Positions 37,198 to 47,296 of a stretch of 64,000 nucleotides of DNA are shown in pieces. How positions within the stretch are numbered: the stretch's first letter is position 1; the number at the start of each line of letters is the position of its first letter. A program made the translations under genes and the position numbers. The notes under the pieces are model-generated. The model was not told the DNA's origin, made no database searches, and worked only from the letters and a program-made list of their open reading frames with translations. This DNA is from an uncultured Verrucomicrobiae bacterium (GTDB taxonomy: Bacteria > Verrucomicrobiota > Verrucomicrobiia > Chthoniobacterales > JAATET01), in assembly GCA_963719495.1 (NCBI GenBank), contig CAVRCI010000008.1, positions 64,001 through 128,000 on the forward strand, in the 5' to 3' direction.

Positions 37198-38169
37198 TCA
37201 ACTCTCAACCGGGACCGTGGGGAATTCAGAGGCTTCGCCTTTGGTTTGGACGGACGGCTGGAAGCCGTCGTTCCTTGATAGCTTCGCCGCCGTGGCGATG
37301 GTGTTTCGGTGGAGGCGGGCGGTGTTTTCCAATTCGCGGTTGTAGCCGCCTCCGTAGAGGACCGCCAAGGGGATTTGGCGCTCGAGAAATTGTCGGACGA
37401 CGAATTCGTCGCGGGTGGTCATGTGTCTCGCGGTGAGCTGGAGCTGGCCGAAGCGGTCGTTGCGGTGGGGGTCGGCGCCGGAGATCCAGATGGCGAGGTC
37501 GGGGCGGAAGGCGTCGACGGCGTCGGGGAGGGTGGCGCGGAGTTGGGCGAGGAAGGTTTCGCCGTCGGCGTAGCGGTCGAGGGGGACGTCGAGGTCGCCG
37601 GGGACTTTGCGAGATGGGTAGTTCCGGCCGACGTGGATGGAGTAGGTGAAGACGGTGGGCGTGTCGGCGAAGATGGCGTGGGTGCCGTTGCCTTGGTGGG
37701 CGTCGGTGTCGCAGACGAAGACGCGGAGGGCGGGGTGGGTGCGTTGGAGGTCGCGGATGGTGATGGCGACGTCGTTGAGGACGCAGAAGCCTTCGCCGTG
37801 CTCGGGGAAGGCGTGGTGGGTGCCGCCGGCGAGGTTGGCGGCGAGGCCGTCCTCCAGGGCGGTCCAGGCGGCGCGGCGGGTGCCTTCGACTTCGCGGGAG
37901 CTGCGTTCGTAGAGGTCGGGACCGGGGGGGAGGCCGAGGATGGTCTTTTCGCGGTCCGAGAGGTTGGCGGCGATCAGGTTGTCGAGGTAGGCCGGGTGGT
38001 GGACGCGTTCGATGGTGGCGCGGTCGGCGGGGTCGACTTCGGTGATGTCGGCGGGTGCGAGGGTGCGGTTCGCGAGGAGGAAGCGGTGGGCGTCGCGGAA
38101 CTTCCGCATCGGGAACGGGTGGCCCGGAGGAAGCTCGAGGTGGTAGCCGGGCGAATAGAAACAGCGCAC
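37198..38169 (-). CDS. Histone deacetylase family protein (zinc-dependent amidohydrolase)
   Basis: 'GHPFPMRKF', 'AGGTHHA', 'GFCVLND', 'DTDAHQGNG', 'GADP', 'GGGY'. Confidence 0.92.
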   Translation of the reverse strand: MRCFYSPGYHLELPPGHPFPMRKFRDAHRFLLANRTLAPADITEVDPADRATIERVHHPAYLDNLIAANLSDREKTILGLPPGPDLYERSSREVEGTRRAAWTALEDGLAANLAGGTHHAFPEHGEGFCVLNDVAITIRDLQRTHPALRVFVCDTDAHQGNGTHAIFADTPTVFTYSIHVGRNYPSRKVPGDLDVPLDRYADGETFLAQLRATLPDAVDAFRPDLAIWISGADPHRNDRFGQLQLTARHMTTRDEFVVRQFLERQIPLAVLYGGGYNRELENTARLHRNTIATAAKLSRNDGFQPSVQTKGEASEFPTVPVES

Positions 38170-38188
38170 GGTCCGGCTGCGGATGGGG

Positions 38189-39496
38189 TCAGGGTTTCGG
38201 GTGGGATTCCCCGTGCGGCTGGGGAGGCTGCGAGATGAGGCGGGCGCCGCGGGAGAAGCTGAAGTAGGCCCAGGCCCACTGGAAAAACACGAGAACGCGA
38301 TTACGGAAGCCGATCAGGAAGAAAAGGTGGATGAAGGCCCAGGCGATCCAGGCGATGAAGCCGGTGACCTTGGCGAAGCCGAGGTCGCCGATGCCGCGAT
38401 GGCGTCCGATCGTGGCGAGGATGCCTTTGTCGTGATACCAGAAGTCCTCGAGCGGCTTGTTGTCCAGCTGGCGGATGATGTTCTTGCCGGCGTGGGTGCC
38501 CGCTTGCATGGCGGCGGGGGCGACGCCGGGGACGGGTTGGTGTTCTTTGTCCTTGATGGAGATCATGTCGCCGATCACGGAGACCTCGGGGTGGCCGGGT
38601 ATCGTGAGGTCCTGATTGACTTGAGCGCGGCCCTGGCGGTCGGTTTCGACGGGGATTCCCTTCGCCAGACCGGAGGCTTCGTTGCCGGCGGCCCAGACGA
38701 CGGTGTCACAGCGGATCGGGCCGCTCGCGAGGGTGACGGTGCCTTCCTCGATGTTTTTGACGGGGTCGCCGAGTTTGACTTCGACGTTGAGACTTTCGAG
38801 CTGCTTGACGGCGCTGGCGGAGAGTTTTTCGGTGTAGGTCGAGAGGATGCGGGGGCCGGCTTCGACGAGGAGGACGCGGGCGTGGCGGGGGTCGATGCGT
38901 CGGAAGTCCTGGCTGAGCGTGCGGTGGGCGAGCTCGGCGATGGCACCGGCCATTTCGACGCCAGTCGGGCCGCCGCCGACGACGATGAAGGTCATGTGGG
39001 CTTTCTGCCGGGCGGCGTCTTCGATTTTCTCCGCTTCCTCGAAGGCGGTGAGGACGCGGCGGCGAATCTCGATGGCGTCCTGAAGGCTTTTGAGTCCGGG
39101 GGCCAGGGGCTCCCATTCTTTGTGGCCGAAGTAGGAGTGGCGCGCGCCGGTGGCGAGGATCAGGAAGTCGTAGTGAAACGTGCCCTGGGCGCTGGTGACG
39201 GTGCGGGCGTCGACGTCGATGGCGGAGACTTCGGCCATGACGCAGGTGACGTTGCGCTGATTGCGGAGAATCGACCGGATCGGCTTGGCGATGTCGGCCG
39301 GCGAGAGGCCGGCGGTCGCGACCTGGTAGAGGAGCGGCTGGAAGAGGTGGTGGTTCGTGCGGTCGACGAGGATGACTTGGACCGGCGCGTTTTTCAGCGA
39401 GCGCGCGGCGGAGAGGCCCCCGAAACCGCCGCCGATGATGACGACCACGGGCAGGCTTGATTTTTTCGATTCGGTCGACAGAGTGGCGTCAGTCAT
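38189..39496 (-). CDS. ndh: Type II NADH:quinone oxidoreductase (NDH-2)
   Basis: 'IIGGGFGG', 'NHHLFQPLLYQVAT', 'VVGGGPTGVEMAG', 'VPGVAPAAMQAG', 'YHDKGILATIGR'. Confidence 0.93.
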   Translation of the reverse strand: MTDATLSTESKKSSLPVVVIIGGGFGGLSAARSLKNAPVQVILVDRTNHHLFQPLLYQVATAGLSPADIAKPIRSILRNQRNVTCVMAEVSAIDVDARTVTSAQGTFHYDFLILATGARHSYFGHKEWEPLAPGLKSLQDAIEIRRRVLTAFEEAEKIEDAARQKAHMTFIVVGGGPTGVEMAGAIAELAHRTLSQDFRRIDPRHARVLLVEAGPRILSTYTEKLSASAVKQLESLNVEVKLGDPVKNIEEGTVTLASGPIRCDTVVWAAGNEASGLAKGIPVETDRQGRAQVNQDLTIPGHPEVSVIGDMISIKDKEHQPVPGVAPAAMQAGTHAGKNIIRQLDNKPLEDFWYHDKGILATIGRHRGIGDLGFAKVTGFIAWIAWAFIHLFFLIGFRNRVLVFFQWAWAYFSFSRGARLISQPPQPHGESHPKP

Positions 39497-39507
39497 GGTC
39501 GTGTGAG

Positions 39508-39527
39508 TTTGTGAAATTTTTCACAAA
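39508..39527. promoter_or_regulatory. Rex-type operator TTGTGAA-N4-TTCACAA
   Basis: tTTGTGAAatttTTCACAAa, exact match to the Rex consensus, about 12 bp upstream of the ndh start in the ndh/nuoD divergent spacer. Confidence 0.8.
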
Positions 39528-39578
39528 GTCGGCGAATGGCAAACTGCATTCCACTTTCGAGCGTAAATACTTTCCGAC

Positions 39579-40826
39579 ATGCCCACGACTTACGAGCAAC
39601 CCGACACGCTGACGCGCAGCCTCCAAAACTTGGAAAGTTCGCAGGAGGCGGGCGAATTGTTGGGCGAGACGATGACGCTGAACATGGGCCCGTCGCATCC
39701 GTCGACGCACGGCGTGCTTCGGCTGATCCTCGAGATGGACGGCGAGATCATCACGAAGGCGACGCCGGATTGCGGTTACCTGCACCGGGGCGACGAGAAG
39801 ATCGCGGAGAACATGCAATACAATCAGTTCGTGCCTTACACGGATCGGTTGGACTATTTGGCGCCGTTGGCGAACAACGTCGCTTACGCGTTGGCGGTCG
39901 AGAAATTGATGGGCTGGGAGCTGCCGGCTCGGGGGAAGGCGATTCGGGTGATTTGTTGCGAGCTGGCGCGGATTTCGGCGCATTTGTTGGGGATCGGGGC
40001 CTATGGGCTGGATCTCGGGGCGACGTCAATCTTCCTGTTCACGTTCACGGAGCGGGAGAAAATCTACAACCTGATCGAGCAGCTCACGGGGGCGCGCTTC
40101 ACGACGAGCTACACGCGGGTGGGCGGGCAAACCCGCGACCTGCCGGAGACGTTTGCGGCGCAGACGGAGGAGTTCATTGCGTCGTTCCTGCCGGTGTGGG
40201 ACGAGCTGGATAAATTGCTGAGCCGTAATCGCATATTCGTGGATCGCACGAAGGATGTTGGGGTCATCTCGAAGGAAGACGCGATTGCCTACGCGATTTC
40301 GGGTCCGAATCTGCGCGGCAGCGGGATCGAGCACGACGTGCGGCGGGCGAATCCCTACCTCGACTACGAGAAATACGATTTCGAGATTCCGATCGGCGAA
40401 GTCGGCGATTGCTACGACCGTTATCTGGTGCGGATGGAGGAGATGCGGCAGAGCTGCAAGATCATCCGGCAGGTGCTGGCGGATCTGCCGACGGGGCCGA
40501 TCAATTACTTCGACCCGAAGAGCTCGTTGCCGCCGAAGGTCGACGTGATGATGAAGATGGAGGAGCTGATCCACCACTTCATCGTGACGACGCAGGGGAT
40601 CGACGCGCCGAAGGGCGAGATTTACTTCGGAGCGGAGAATCCGAAGGGCGAGCTCGGGTTTTACATTCTGAGCAAAGGGGGCGGTGTGCCGTATCGACTG
40701 AAGATTCGCGCTCCGTCGTTCGTGAATTTGAGCATCATGTCGAAGTTGCTGCCGGGTCACATGGTGAGTGATTGCGTGAGCATCCTGGGCAGTGTGGATT
40801 TCGTGATGGGCGAGTGCGACCGGTAG
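39579..40826 (+). CDS. nuoD: NADH-quinone oxidoreductase subunit D
   Basis: 'LNMGPSHPSTHGVLRL', 'GYLHRG.EK', 'DRLDYL', 'ENPKGELG', 'IRAPSF', 'DFVMGECDR'. Confidence 0.95.
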   Translation: MPTTYEQPDTLTRSLQNLESSQEAGELLGETMTLNMGPSHPSTHGVLRLILEMDGEIITKATPDCGYLHRGDEKIAENMQYNQFVPYTDRLDYLAPLANNVAYALAVEKLMGWELPARGKAIRVICCELARISAHLLGIGAYGLDLGATSIFLFTFTEREKIYNLIEQLTGARFTTSYTRVGGQTRDLPETFAAQTEEFIASFLPVWDELDKLLSRNRIFVDRTKDVGVISKEDAIAYAISGPNLRGSGIEHDVRRANPYLDYEKYDFEIPIGEVGDCYDRYLVRMEEMRQSCKIIRQVLADLPTGPINYFDPKSSLPPKVDVMMKMEELIHHFIVTTQGIDAPKGEIYFGAENPKGELGFYILSKGGGVPYRLKIRAPSFVNLSIMSKLLPGHMVSDCVSILGSVDFVMGECDR

Positions 40827-40874
40827 AGTTGGCGACGCTCGGGCTTGCAGTCGATCTTCCTGTGACAAGATCAG

Positions 40875-40897
40875 CGGCGGTCACAGACCGCCGCTAC
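40875..40897 (-). repeat. GTAG-type REP (GTAGCGGCGGTCTGTGACCGCCG)
   Basis: Identical to the copies at 56345-56367 and 56410-56432. Confidence 0.85.
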
Positions 40898-42572
40898 ACT
40901 TGGCGGCTGCTCGTTCGCGAGACTTGGTCAGATGTCCTGACTTTTCGAAGGCAAGCGCTTCGCCGAGCGCTTTCAGGGTGATGGGTTTGGGCAGGAAGCC
41001 GGTCATCCCAGCTTCGGCGCAGGCTTCGCGGGCGGTGGTGCTGGCGTCGGCGGTGATGGCGATGATGGGGACGGGCGGGCGTCGTTGATCCGATTCGCTC
41101 GAGCGGATGGCGCGGGTCGCGGCGAGGCCGTCGAGGTCGCGGAGACCGATGTCCATGAGAACGAAGTCCCAGACGGGGCGATCCCGCACGTTGGCGACGG
41201 CTTCGTGGCCGCTTTCCACGAACTCGACCGAATGCCCGAGCTTGCCGAGCATGGCACCGAGGAGTCGCCGATTGATGCGATTGTCCTCGGCTGCGAGGAC
41301 GCGAAGTGAGGGGGTGGGCGCCGCGGGACCGGACTTTTCGGGTTCCGGGGTGGGGGCTGATGTGGCGGGGGCGTAGAGGGTGAACGTGAAGGTGGAGCCG
41401 ACGTTTTTCTCGCTGGTGAAATGGATGGCGCCGCCCATGCGTTCGACGAGGTCGCGGCTGATGGTGAGGCCCAGGCCCGTCCCGCCCGAGCGGCGGGCGA
41501 TGCTGGAATTGGCCTGGGCGAAGGGTTCGAAGAGACGGCGCGCTTCCGCCGGGGTGACGCCTTCGCCGGTGTCGGCGACGCTGAACTCGAGGAGTTCGGG
41601 GGTCGCCCGACGGATGCCGACCTGAATGGTTCCCTTGGAGGTGAACTTCGCGGCGTTGCCGAGCAGGTTGAGCAAAATCTGTCGGAGTCGGAGAGGGTCG
41701 CAGGTGACCCATTGCGGAACGTCGTCCTCGCAGTGACCCCGAATTTCGACGCCGGTTTGGGCGCGGGTGCGCACGGTCGCGACGGCGGACGCGAGGGCCT
41801 TGCGAAGGTTGGTCGGATGGGGGTCGAGCTGGAGTCGGTTGTCGGCGAGCTTGGAGTAGTCGAGGAGCTCGTCGATGAGGTGGAGAAGCGATTGGCTGCT
41901 GGTCTCGAGGACGCCGGCGGATTCCGCGATGGGAACGCCTTCGCCGACGAGTTCGCTCACGCCGACGATGCCGTTGAGGGCGGTGCGGATTTCGTGGCCG
42001 ACGGTGGCCGTGAGGCGGCGTTGGGCCTGGGTGGCGCGTTCGGCGGCCTCGCGGGCGACGGCGAGATCGGCGATGAGGCCGGTGGTCTCGAGGGCGTTGA
42101 TCTCGGACTCGGCGACGGCGGCGAGGTCGCGGACGATGTCGAGGTCGGCGGCGGTGAATTCACGCACCTTGTAATCGAGGATGCAGAGCGATCCGAGGCA
42201 GTGGCCGGTCGGGCTGAAGAGCGGATAGCCGGCGTAGGCGCGAACGCGGGGCGTCGAGAGGACGATGCCCATGTCGGAGGTGCGTTGGTCGTCGGTGGCG
42301 TCGTTGACGACGAGGGGACGTCGGTCATGGACGACGTAGGCGCAGAAGGAGTTGGAGCGCGGGGTCTCGCAGACGTCGAGTCCGAGGTGGGATTTGAACC
42401 ACTGGCGTTCGTGGTCGACGAGGCTCACCAGGGCGGTCGGGGAGTTGGTTGCCGCCATGGCGATGCGCGTGAGGCGATCAAACCGTTCTTCCGGCGGGGT
42501 ATCCAGGATGTTGAGATCTCGTAGAATGCGAAGCCGGTCGGCTTCATCGGCGCGTGTCGGGGCCATCGGCAT
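40881..42572 (-). CDS. GAF-HisKA-HATPase-REC hybrid histidine kinase
   Basis: 'RLRILRDLNILDTPPEERFDRLT' GAF; 'GHEIRTALNGI'; 'GGTGLGL'; REC 'LMDIGL...PKP'. Stop codon lies inside the REP. Confidence 0.88.
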   Translation of the reverse strand: MPMAPTRADEADRLRILRDLNILDTPPEERFDRLTRIAMAATNSPTALVSLVDHERQWFKSHLGLDVCETPRSNSFCAYVVHDRRPLVVNDATDDQRTSDMGIVLSTPRVRAYAGYPLFSPTGHCLGSLCILDYKVREFTAADLDIVRDLAAVAESEINALETTGLIADLAVAREAAERATQAQRRLTATVGHEIRTALNGIVGVSELVGEGVPIAESAGVLETSSQSLLHLIDELLDYSKLADNRLQLDPHPTNLRKALASAVATVRTRAQTGVEIRGHCEDDVPQWVTCDPLRLRQILLNLLGNAAKFTSKGTIQVGIRRATPELLEFSVADTGEGVTPAEARRLFEPFAQANSSIARRSGGTGLGLTISRDLVERMGGAIHFTSEKNVGSTFTFTLYAPATSAPTPEPEKSGPAAPTPSLRVLAAEDNRINRRLLGAMLGKLGHSVEFVESGHEAVANVRDRPVWDFVLMDIGLRDLDGLAATRAIRSSESDQRRPPVPIIAITADASTTAREACAEAGMTGFLPKPITLKALGEALAFEKSGHLTKSRERAAAKCSGGL

Positions 42573-42636
42573 GGATCCAAACAATGCGTCCGCCCGAGCG
42601 CAAAGTCAAAGCTTGGATGGTCGGATCGCGACGGGA

Positions 42637-43788
42637 TCAATCGGACGCGGAGGCCTGGCTGGTCGCCAAGTCGCCACCCCGCTTCGCAGAAGGGTCTTCT
42701 CCGATGAGCTGGCCGATGGATTTGAGAAAATCCACGTGATCGCTGACGATTTTGAACGTTGCCAGGATTGGGACGGCGAGGAGGGCTCCGGGGATGCCCC
42801 ACAACCACGTCCAAAACATGATGGAGAAAAAGACGATGACGGCATTCAGCGTGAGGATGCGGCTGAGGACGAAAGGCGTGACGAAGTTTCCCTCGATGAT
42901 GTTGAGCCCGAGGTAAATGGCGGGGAGGAGGCAGGCCTGGCCCAAGGATTCGAACGTGAGCAGGCTCACGACAAAGGCCGCCACAATGCCCAGGAGCGCG
43001 CCGAGGTAGGGGATGAAATTCAGGAAGAACGCGAGGCTACCCCAGAGGATGGCGTTGGGCAGGCCGATGAAGTGGGCCGCGATGCCGACGGAGATGCCGA
43101 GCGCGAGGTTGATGAGGGTGACGGTCTGGAGGTAGGTCGAGATTCGGGACTCGATGTCGTTGGCGATCTCGACGGCCCGGCGTTTGTCTTTGAAGCGCGG
43201 GATGATGCGGACGACTTTGCGGAGAAATTGGTCGCCGGACGCGAGGAGGAAATAGAGGAGGATGAACATGACGAGCAGGTTGGCCATGAAGGCCGGAGTG
43301 CTGTGCATGAGGATGCCGCTGAGCGGACCTTCGGTGGCGATGGCGACCGAGGGAGGGCTTTCGTCAAGAGAGGCAATTTCCTTCACCTGCTCGGAGACCT
43401 TGGTGAATTGCTGAAAGGGCACCCGCAGGCTCTCGAGGCGGTATTTGATGTCGGGAATGCGCGAAGGGATGGCCTGGATCCAATCGGCGGCGGGCCGCAC
43501 GGCGAAGACCGTCGCCAGCGCGATCGCGGCGAGGAGAGAGAGCAGGATTACGCCGGAACCGACCGCGGGTGGGAGGTGGATACGGCGGTGGAGAAAGCGA
43601 ACGAGCGGCGTGAGGAGGAGGCTGAGCAACAGGGCGAGGACGACCGGGAGGATGAGCGCGCGGGCGAAGTAGAGGGTGTAGAGAACGCCGAGGATGGTGA
43701 GTGTGACGAGCGAGAGCGAGAGCGTGCGACGGGTGCGGTCCGTCGCCGAGAGGACGGGGGGAGATTCGGGGGGACGTTCGGATGGCAT
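42637..43788 (-). CDS. AI-2E family transporter
   Basis: 'LILPVVLALLLSLLLTPLV', 'LNFIPYLGA', 'IEGNFVTP', 'WLWGIPGALLAVP'. Confidence 0.88.
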   Translation of the reverse strand: MPSERPPESPPVLSATDRTRRTLSLSLVTLTILGVLYTLYFARALILPVVLALLLSLLLTPLVRFLHRRIHLPPAVGSGVILLSLLAAIALATVFAVRPAADWIQAIPSRIPDIKYRLESLRVPFQQFTKVSEQVKEIASLDESPPSVAIATEGPLSGILMHSTPAFMANLLVMFILLYFLLASGDQFLRKVVRIIPRFKDKRRAVEIANDIESRISTYLQTVTLINLALGISVGIAAHFIGLPNAILWGSLAFFLNFIPYLGALLGIVAAFVVSLLTFESLGQACLLPAIYLGLNIIEGNFVTPFVLSRILTLNAVIVFFSIMFWTWLWGIPGALLAVPILATFKIVSDHVDFLKSIGQLIGEDPSAKRGGDLATSQASASD

Positions 43789-43963
43789 GATCTCTTCGGG
43801 AGGTTATCGAGCGTGGAAGAAAAATTGGTTGCTTGCGAGTGAACTGTGTTGGCGGGGAGCGTCGTGAGGGGTGGATTCCCGACGGCGTTTTGGGTGTCGG
43901 GGGGGATTTGCCCTTCGGGTTGGGGACGAGGCGCCGGGCTGGAAGCTTGTTTTGCGCGAGCGG

Positions 43964-43990
43964 CGGCTCTCTCGCTTCGCTCGATTTGCC
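43964..43990. repeat. 27-bp dispersed repeat CGGCTCTCTCGCTTCGCTCGATTTGCC followed by a hairpin
   Basis: Exact second copy at 47434-47460. Confidence 0.8.
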
Positions 43991-44080
43991 GGGTGCCGCG
44001 GCGGGACGCCGCGGCTCGCACGCGGGGACGCGTGCGCTCCCCGCTCGCGCATCGCCGTCCGGGTGGGTAGGGTCACGCGC

Positions 44081-46252
44081 ATGACGGCTTTGCTTGCTAA
44101 GTTGAAGGAGGTTTACGGTTACGACGAGTTTCGGCCGTTGCAGGCGGAGATCATCGGGGATGCGCTCGACGGGAAGGACGTGTTTGCGCTGCTGCCGACG
44201 GGGGGCGGGAAGTCGCTTTGTTACCAGTTGCCGGCTTTGATGCGGGATGGGTTGACGTTGGTGGTGTCCCCTCTCATTGCGTTGATGAAGGATCAGGTGG
44301 ATGCGCTCAACGCGAACGGGGTGGCGGCGACGTATCTGAATTCGACCTTGGATGCGGACGAGGCGCGTCGGCGTTTGCGCGGGTTGCACAATGGGGAGTA
44401 TTCGCTGCTGTATCTCGCGCCGGAGCGGCTGCTGCTGGATGGGACTCTGGCGGACGTGAAGTCTTGGGGGCCGCGGTTGATCGCGATCGACGAGGCGCAT
44501 TGCATCAGCGAATGGGGTCACGATTTTCGGCCGGAATATCGGCGGTTGGCGGAGTTGCGGGATTCGTTTCCGGACGTGCCGGTGATGGCGCTGACGGCGA
44601 CGGCGACGGAGCGGGTGCGGGCGGACATCGTGCGGCTGCTGGGATTGCGGGATCCGGCGACTTACGTGGCGAGTTTCAATCGGCCGAACTTGCTTTACCG
44701 GGTGAATCCGAAGGCGGGGGCCTACGAGCAGGTGCGGGAGTTCGTGCTTGGGCGGGGGAAGGAGAGTGGGATCATTTACTGCGCGTCGCGGAAGGCGACG
44801 GAGTCGGTGGCGGAGAAATTGAAGCGGGATGGGGTGTCGGCGCTGCCTTACCACGCGGGGCTGGCCCCGGACGTGCGGTCGCGGAATCAGGAGCGCTTCG
44901 TGCGGGACGAGGTGAAGGTGATCTGCGCGACGATTGCCTTCGGGATGGGGATCGACAAACCGAACGTGCGGTTCGTGCTGCACTACGATCTGCCGGGGAG
45001 CATCGAGGCGTATTACCAGCAGACGGGGCGCGCGGGGCGCGATGGGCTGGCGAGCGAGTGCGTGCTGCTCTACGGGCGGGGGGACATCGTGAAACAGACG
45101 CGGTTCTTCGACGAGAAGGACCCGGAGGAGGCGCTGGTGGCGAAGCGGCAGCTGGATCAGCTGGTGGATTTTGCGGAAGGGTCGGTGTGCCGGCGGCGGG
45201 CGTTGCTGGGGTATTTCGGCGAGGATTGGACGGAGGAGAATTGCGGGGCTTGCGACAATTGCCTGTCGCCCCGGGAGCAGGTGGACGCGACGGTGGCGGC
45301 GCAGAAGTTTTTATCGACGCTGTATCGGATTCGGCAGGCGAGCGGCTGGGCTTTTGGGCTGAATCACGTGGTCGAGGTGCTGACGGGGGCGAACACGGCG
45401 GGGGTGCGCAAGCGCGGGCACGAGAAGCTGACGACTTACGGGGTGGGGAACGATCAGCCGGCGGCGTATTGGAAGGGGCTGGCGGGGGAGTTGATCCGGA
45501 TGGGGCTGGCGGCGCGGTCGGAGGAGAAGTTTGCGACGGTGGACATCACGGACGAGGGGATCGCGGCGCTGAAGGATCGGCGGGAGATCCGGGTGACGCG
45601 GCAGGCGGAGGCGGCGTCGACGGCGCGGGTGCGGCGTCAGGGGGTGGAGGAGTTTGGCTACGACGAGGGGTTGTTCGAGGACCTGCGGGGATTGCGGAAA
45701 GAACTGGCGGACGAGCGGGGCGTGGCGGCTTACATGATTTTTTCGGATCTGACGTTGCGGCATTTGGCGCGGGCTTATCCAGCGACGTCGGGGGATTTCC
45801 GCGGCGTGCCGGGGATCGGTGAGAAGAAGGGGGCGGAATTTGCGGAGGTTTTCCTGGAGCGGATCGCGGCGTTCGTGGACGAGAATGGGCGGCGGGGATT
45901 CGAGGACGAGGCTCCGAGGGCGGTGGCACCGCGGCCGCCGCGGGTGTCGATTGGGGATGCGACGATGGAGGTGGCCGGGGCGTTCGAGCGCGGGGAGACG
46001 GTCGCGGCGATCGCGGACGGTCGGGGGGTGAAGGAGGGGACGGTGGTGAAGCACCTCATCGCGGCGTGGGGCGATGGGATGAAGTTGGATTTGGAAAGTT
46101 GCGTGCCGGTGGAGTTGCGACCGGAGATCGAGCGGGCGTTCGATGGGAATTTTTCGGCGATGCTGCGGGACGTGAAGGATCGGTGCTCGGGGGAGGTGAC
46201 TTACGAGCATTTGCACGTGATGCGGGCGTTGCTGGTGCGGCGGGCGGGGTGA
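44081..46252 (+). CDS. recQ: ATP-dependent DNA helicase RecQ
   Basis: Start MTALLAKLK; 'PTGGGKSLCYQ', 'DEAHCISEWGHDFRPEY', 'ATIAFGMGIDKPNVR', Zn-binding 'CRR...CGACDNC', RQC and HRDC. Confidence 0.95.
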   Translation: MTALLAKLKEVYGYDEFRPLQAEIIGDALDGKDVFALLPTGGGKSLCYQLPALMRDGLTLVVSPLIALMKDQVDALNANGVAATYLNSTLDADEARRRLRGLHNGEYSLLYLAPERLLLDGTLADVKSWGPRLIAIDEAHCISEWGHDFRPEYRRLAELRDSFPDVPVMALTATATERVRADIVRLLGLRDPATYVASFNRPNLLYRVNPKAGAYEQVREFVLGRGKESGIIYCASRKATESVAEKLKRDGVSALPYHAGLAPDVRSRNQERFVRDEVKVICATIAFGMGIDKPNVRFVLHYDLPGSIEAYYQQTGRAGRDGLASECVLLYGRGDIVKQTRFFDEKDPEEALVAKRQLDQLVDFAEGSVCRRRALLGYFGEDWTEENCGACDNCLSPREQVDATVAAQKFLSTLYRIRQASGWAFGLNHVVEVLTGANTAGVRKRGHEKLTTYGVGNDQPAAYWKGLAGELIRMGLAARSEEKFATVDITDEGIAALKDRREIRVTRQAEAASTARVRRQGVEEFGYDEGLFEDLRGLRKELADERGVAAYMIFSDLTLRHLARAYPATSGDFRGVPGIGEKKGAEFAEVFLERIAAFVDENGRRGFEDEAPRAVAPRPPRVSIGDATMEVAGAFERGETVAAIADGRGVKEGTVVKHLIAAWGDGMKLDLESCVPVELRPEIERAFDGNFSAMLRDVKDRCSGEVTYEHLHVMRALLVRRAG

Positions 46253-46408
46253 GGGATGCGAATGCGAACCACGGATGGGTGAGGATGAACGCGGATGGAT
46301 TCGGATTTAGCCCGGAAGAATCGCCGGGGGGATTTGTTTTCGGGCTGCCATCGGTGATCTTTCCGGGCTGGGTCGCTTCTTCAATCTGCTTCAATCTTGG
46401 TGGGACGG

Positions 46409-47296
46409 TTACGGCTCGGCCAGAAAGGGCTTCAGTTTGGCGTAGGTGGCTGGGCCGATGCCGCTGACTCGGGTGAGGTCGGATGGGGACTTGAAGGGGC
46501 GGGATTCGATGATGCGGTTGGCCATGGTCTCGCCGATGCCGGGGAGGCGCATGAGCTCGTCGCGGCTGGCGGCGTTGAGGTCGACGCGGTCGTTGGGGCC
46601 GAGGGCGGGGCCGGTTTTCGCGAGGTCGAGTTCGGCGTCCTCGGCTCGTTGGAGGCCGCGGTCGTCGGCGATGCGATCCCAGTCGGTGAGCTCCCAAGCG
46701 CCGACTCCGCGGCGGGCGGCGGTGAGCTCGATGTCGTCGAGGTGGGCTTCGTGCTCGGCGGCGGTGAGGGTGGGAGTTTGGCGGTAGACGCCGAAGGCTC
46801 GGGCGAGGCCGTTGCGGACGAGGAGGGTGGCGAGGTCGCCGCCGGTGTTGGTGGTGACGAAGGCGTAGTAGCGCTTGTATTGGGGGCTGCCGCGTCCGTC
46901 GCTCCAGCTGGTGTGGACGGTGAAGGGCTCGGCGAGGACTTTGCGGGTGAAGCGGGCTCCTTTCTCGCCGAGGTTTTTGGCGGCCTGGATGTCCTGAATG
47001 CCGAAGTAGCGGCGCTGGGCGCGGAGGCGGCGGGCGTCGGTGTCGTCCGCGATGTGCCACTCGAAGGTATCGGCTCCGTAGAGTCGGATGGTGAATTGGG
47101 TGCCGTCGGGGGCGGTGACGGGGAAGCTGTCGCCGTCGGACCAGTCGGTGACAACCAAGCGGCAGCCGGGGATGGCGACGAGGCCGGTGGTGGGGTCGGG
47201 GACGGTGGCGACGGGCGGGGTCGAGGGTGACGCTGCGGGTGAGGTTGGAGCGCAGATTGCGCTGATTACGCAGAGGGTGAGGAGGTGGCGGCGCAC
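46409..47296 (-). CDS. Secreted thermonuclease (SNase-like) fused to ComEA-type helix-hairpin-helix domain
   Basis: Signal peptide; 'DGDSF', 'IRLYGADTFE', 'LVRNGLAR', 'GVGAW'; C-terminal 'VDLNAASRDELMRLPGIGE...V.GIG'. Confidence 0.82.
   Translation of the reverse strand: MRRHLLTLCVISAICAPTSPAASPSTPPVATVPDPTTGLVAIPGCRLVVTDWSDGDSFPVTAPDGTQFTIRLYGADTFEWHIADDTDARRLRAQRRYFGIQDIQAAKNLGEKGARFTRKVLAEPFTVHTSWSDGRGSPQYKRYYAFVTTNTGGDLATLLVRNGLARAFGVYRQTPTLTAAEHEAHLDDIELTAARRGVGAWELTDWDRIADDRGLQRAEDAELDLAKTGPALGPNDRVDLNAASRDELMRLPGIGETMANRIIESRPFKSPSDLTRVSGIGPATYAKLKPFLAEP

Noticed and set aside
42637..43788. AI-2E transporters as part of the quorum-sensing system
   Set aside because: The family name does not imply AI-2 transport; both copies are unlinked to the Phc-like operon.
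45010..45040. RecQ motif VI reads YYQQTGRAGR instead of YYQETGRAGR
   Set aside because: Single conservative change with the QxxGRAGR core and all other motifs intact; no basis for calling it inactive.
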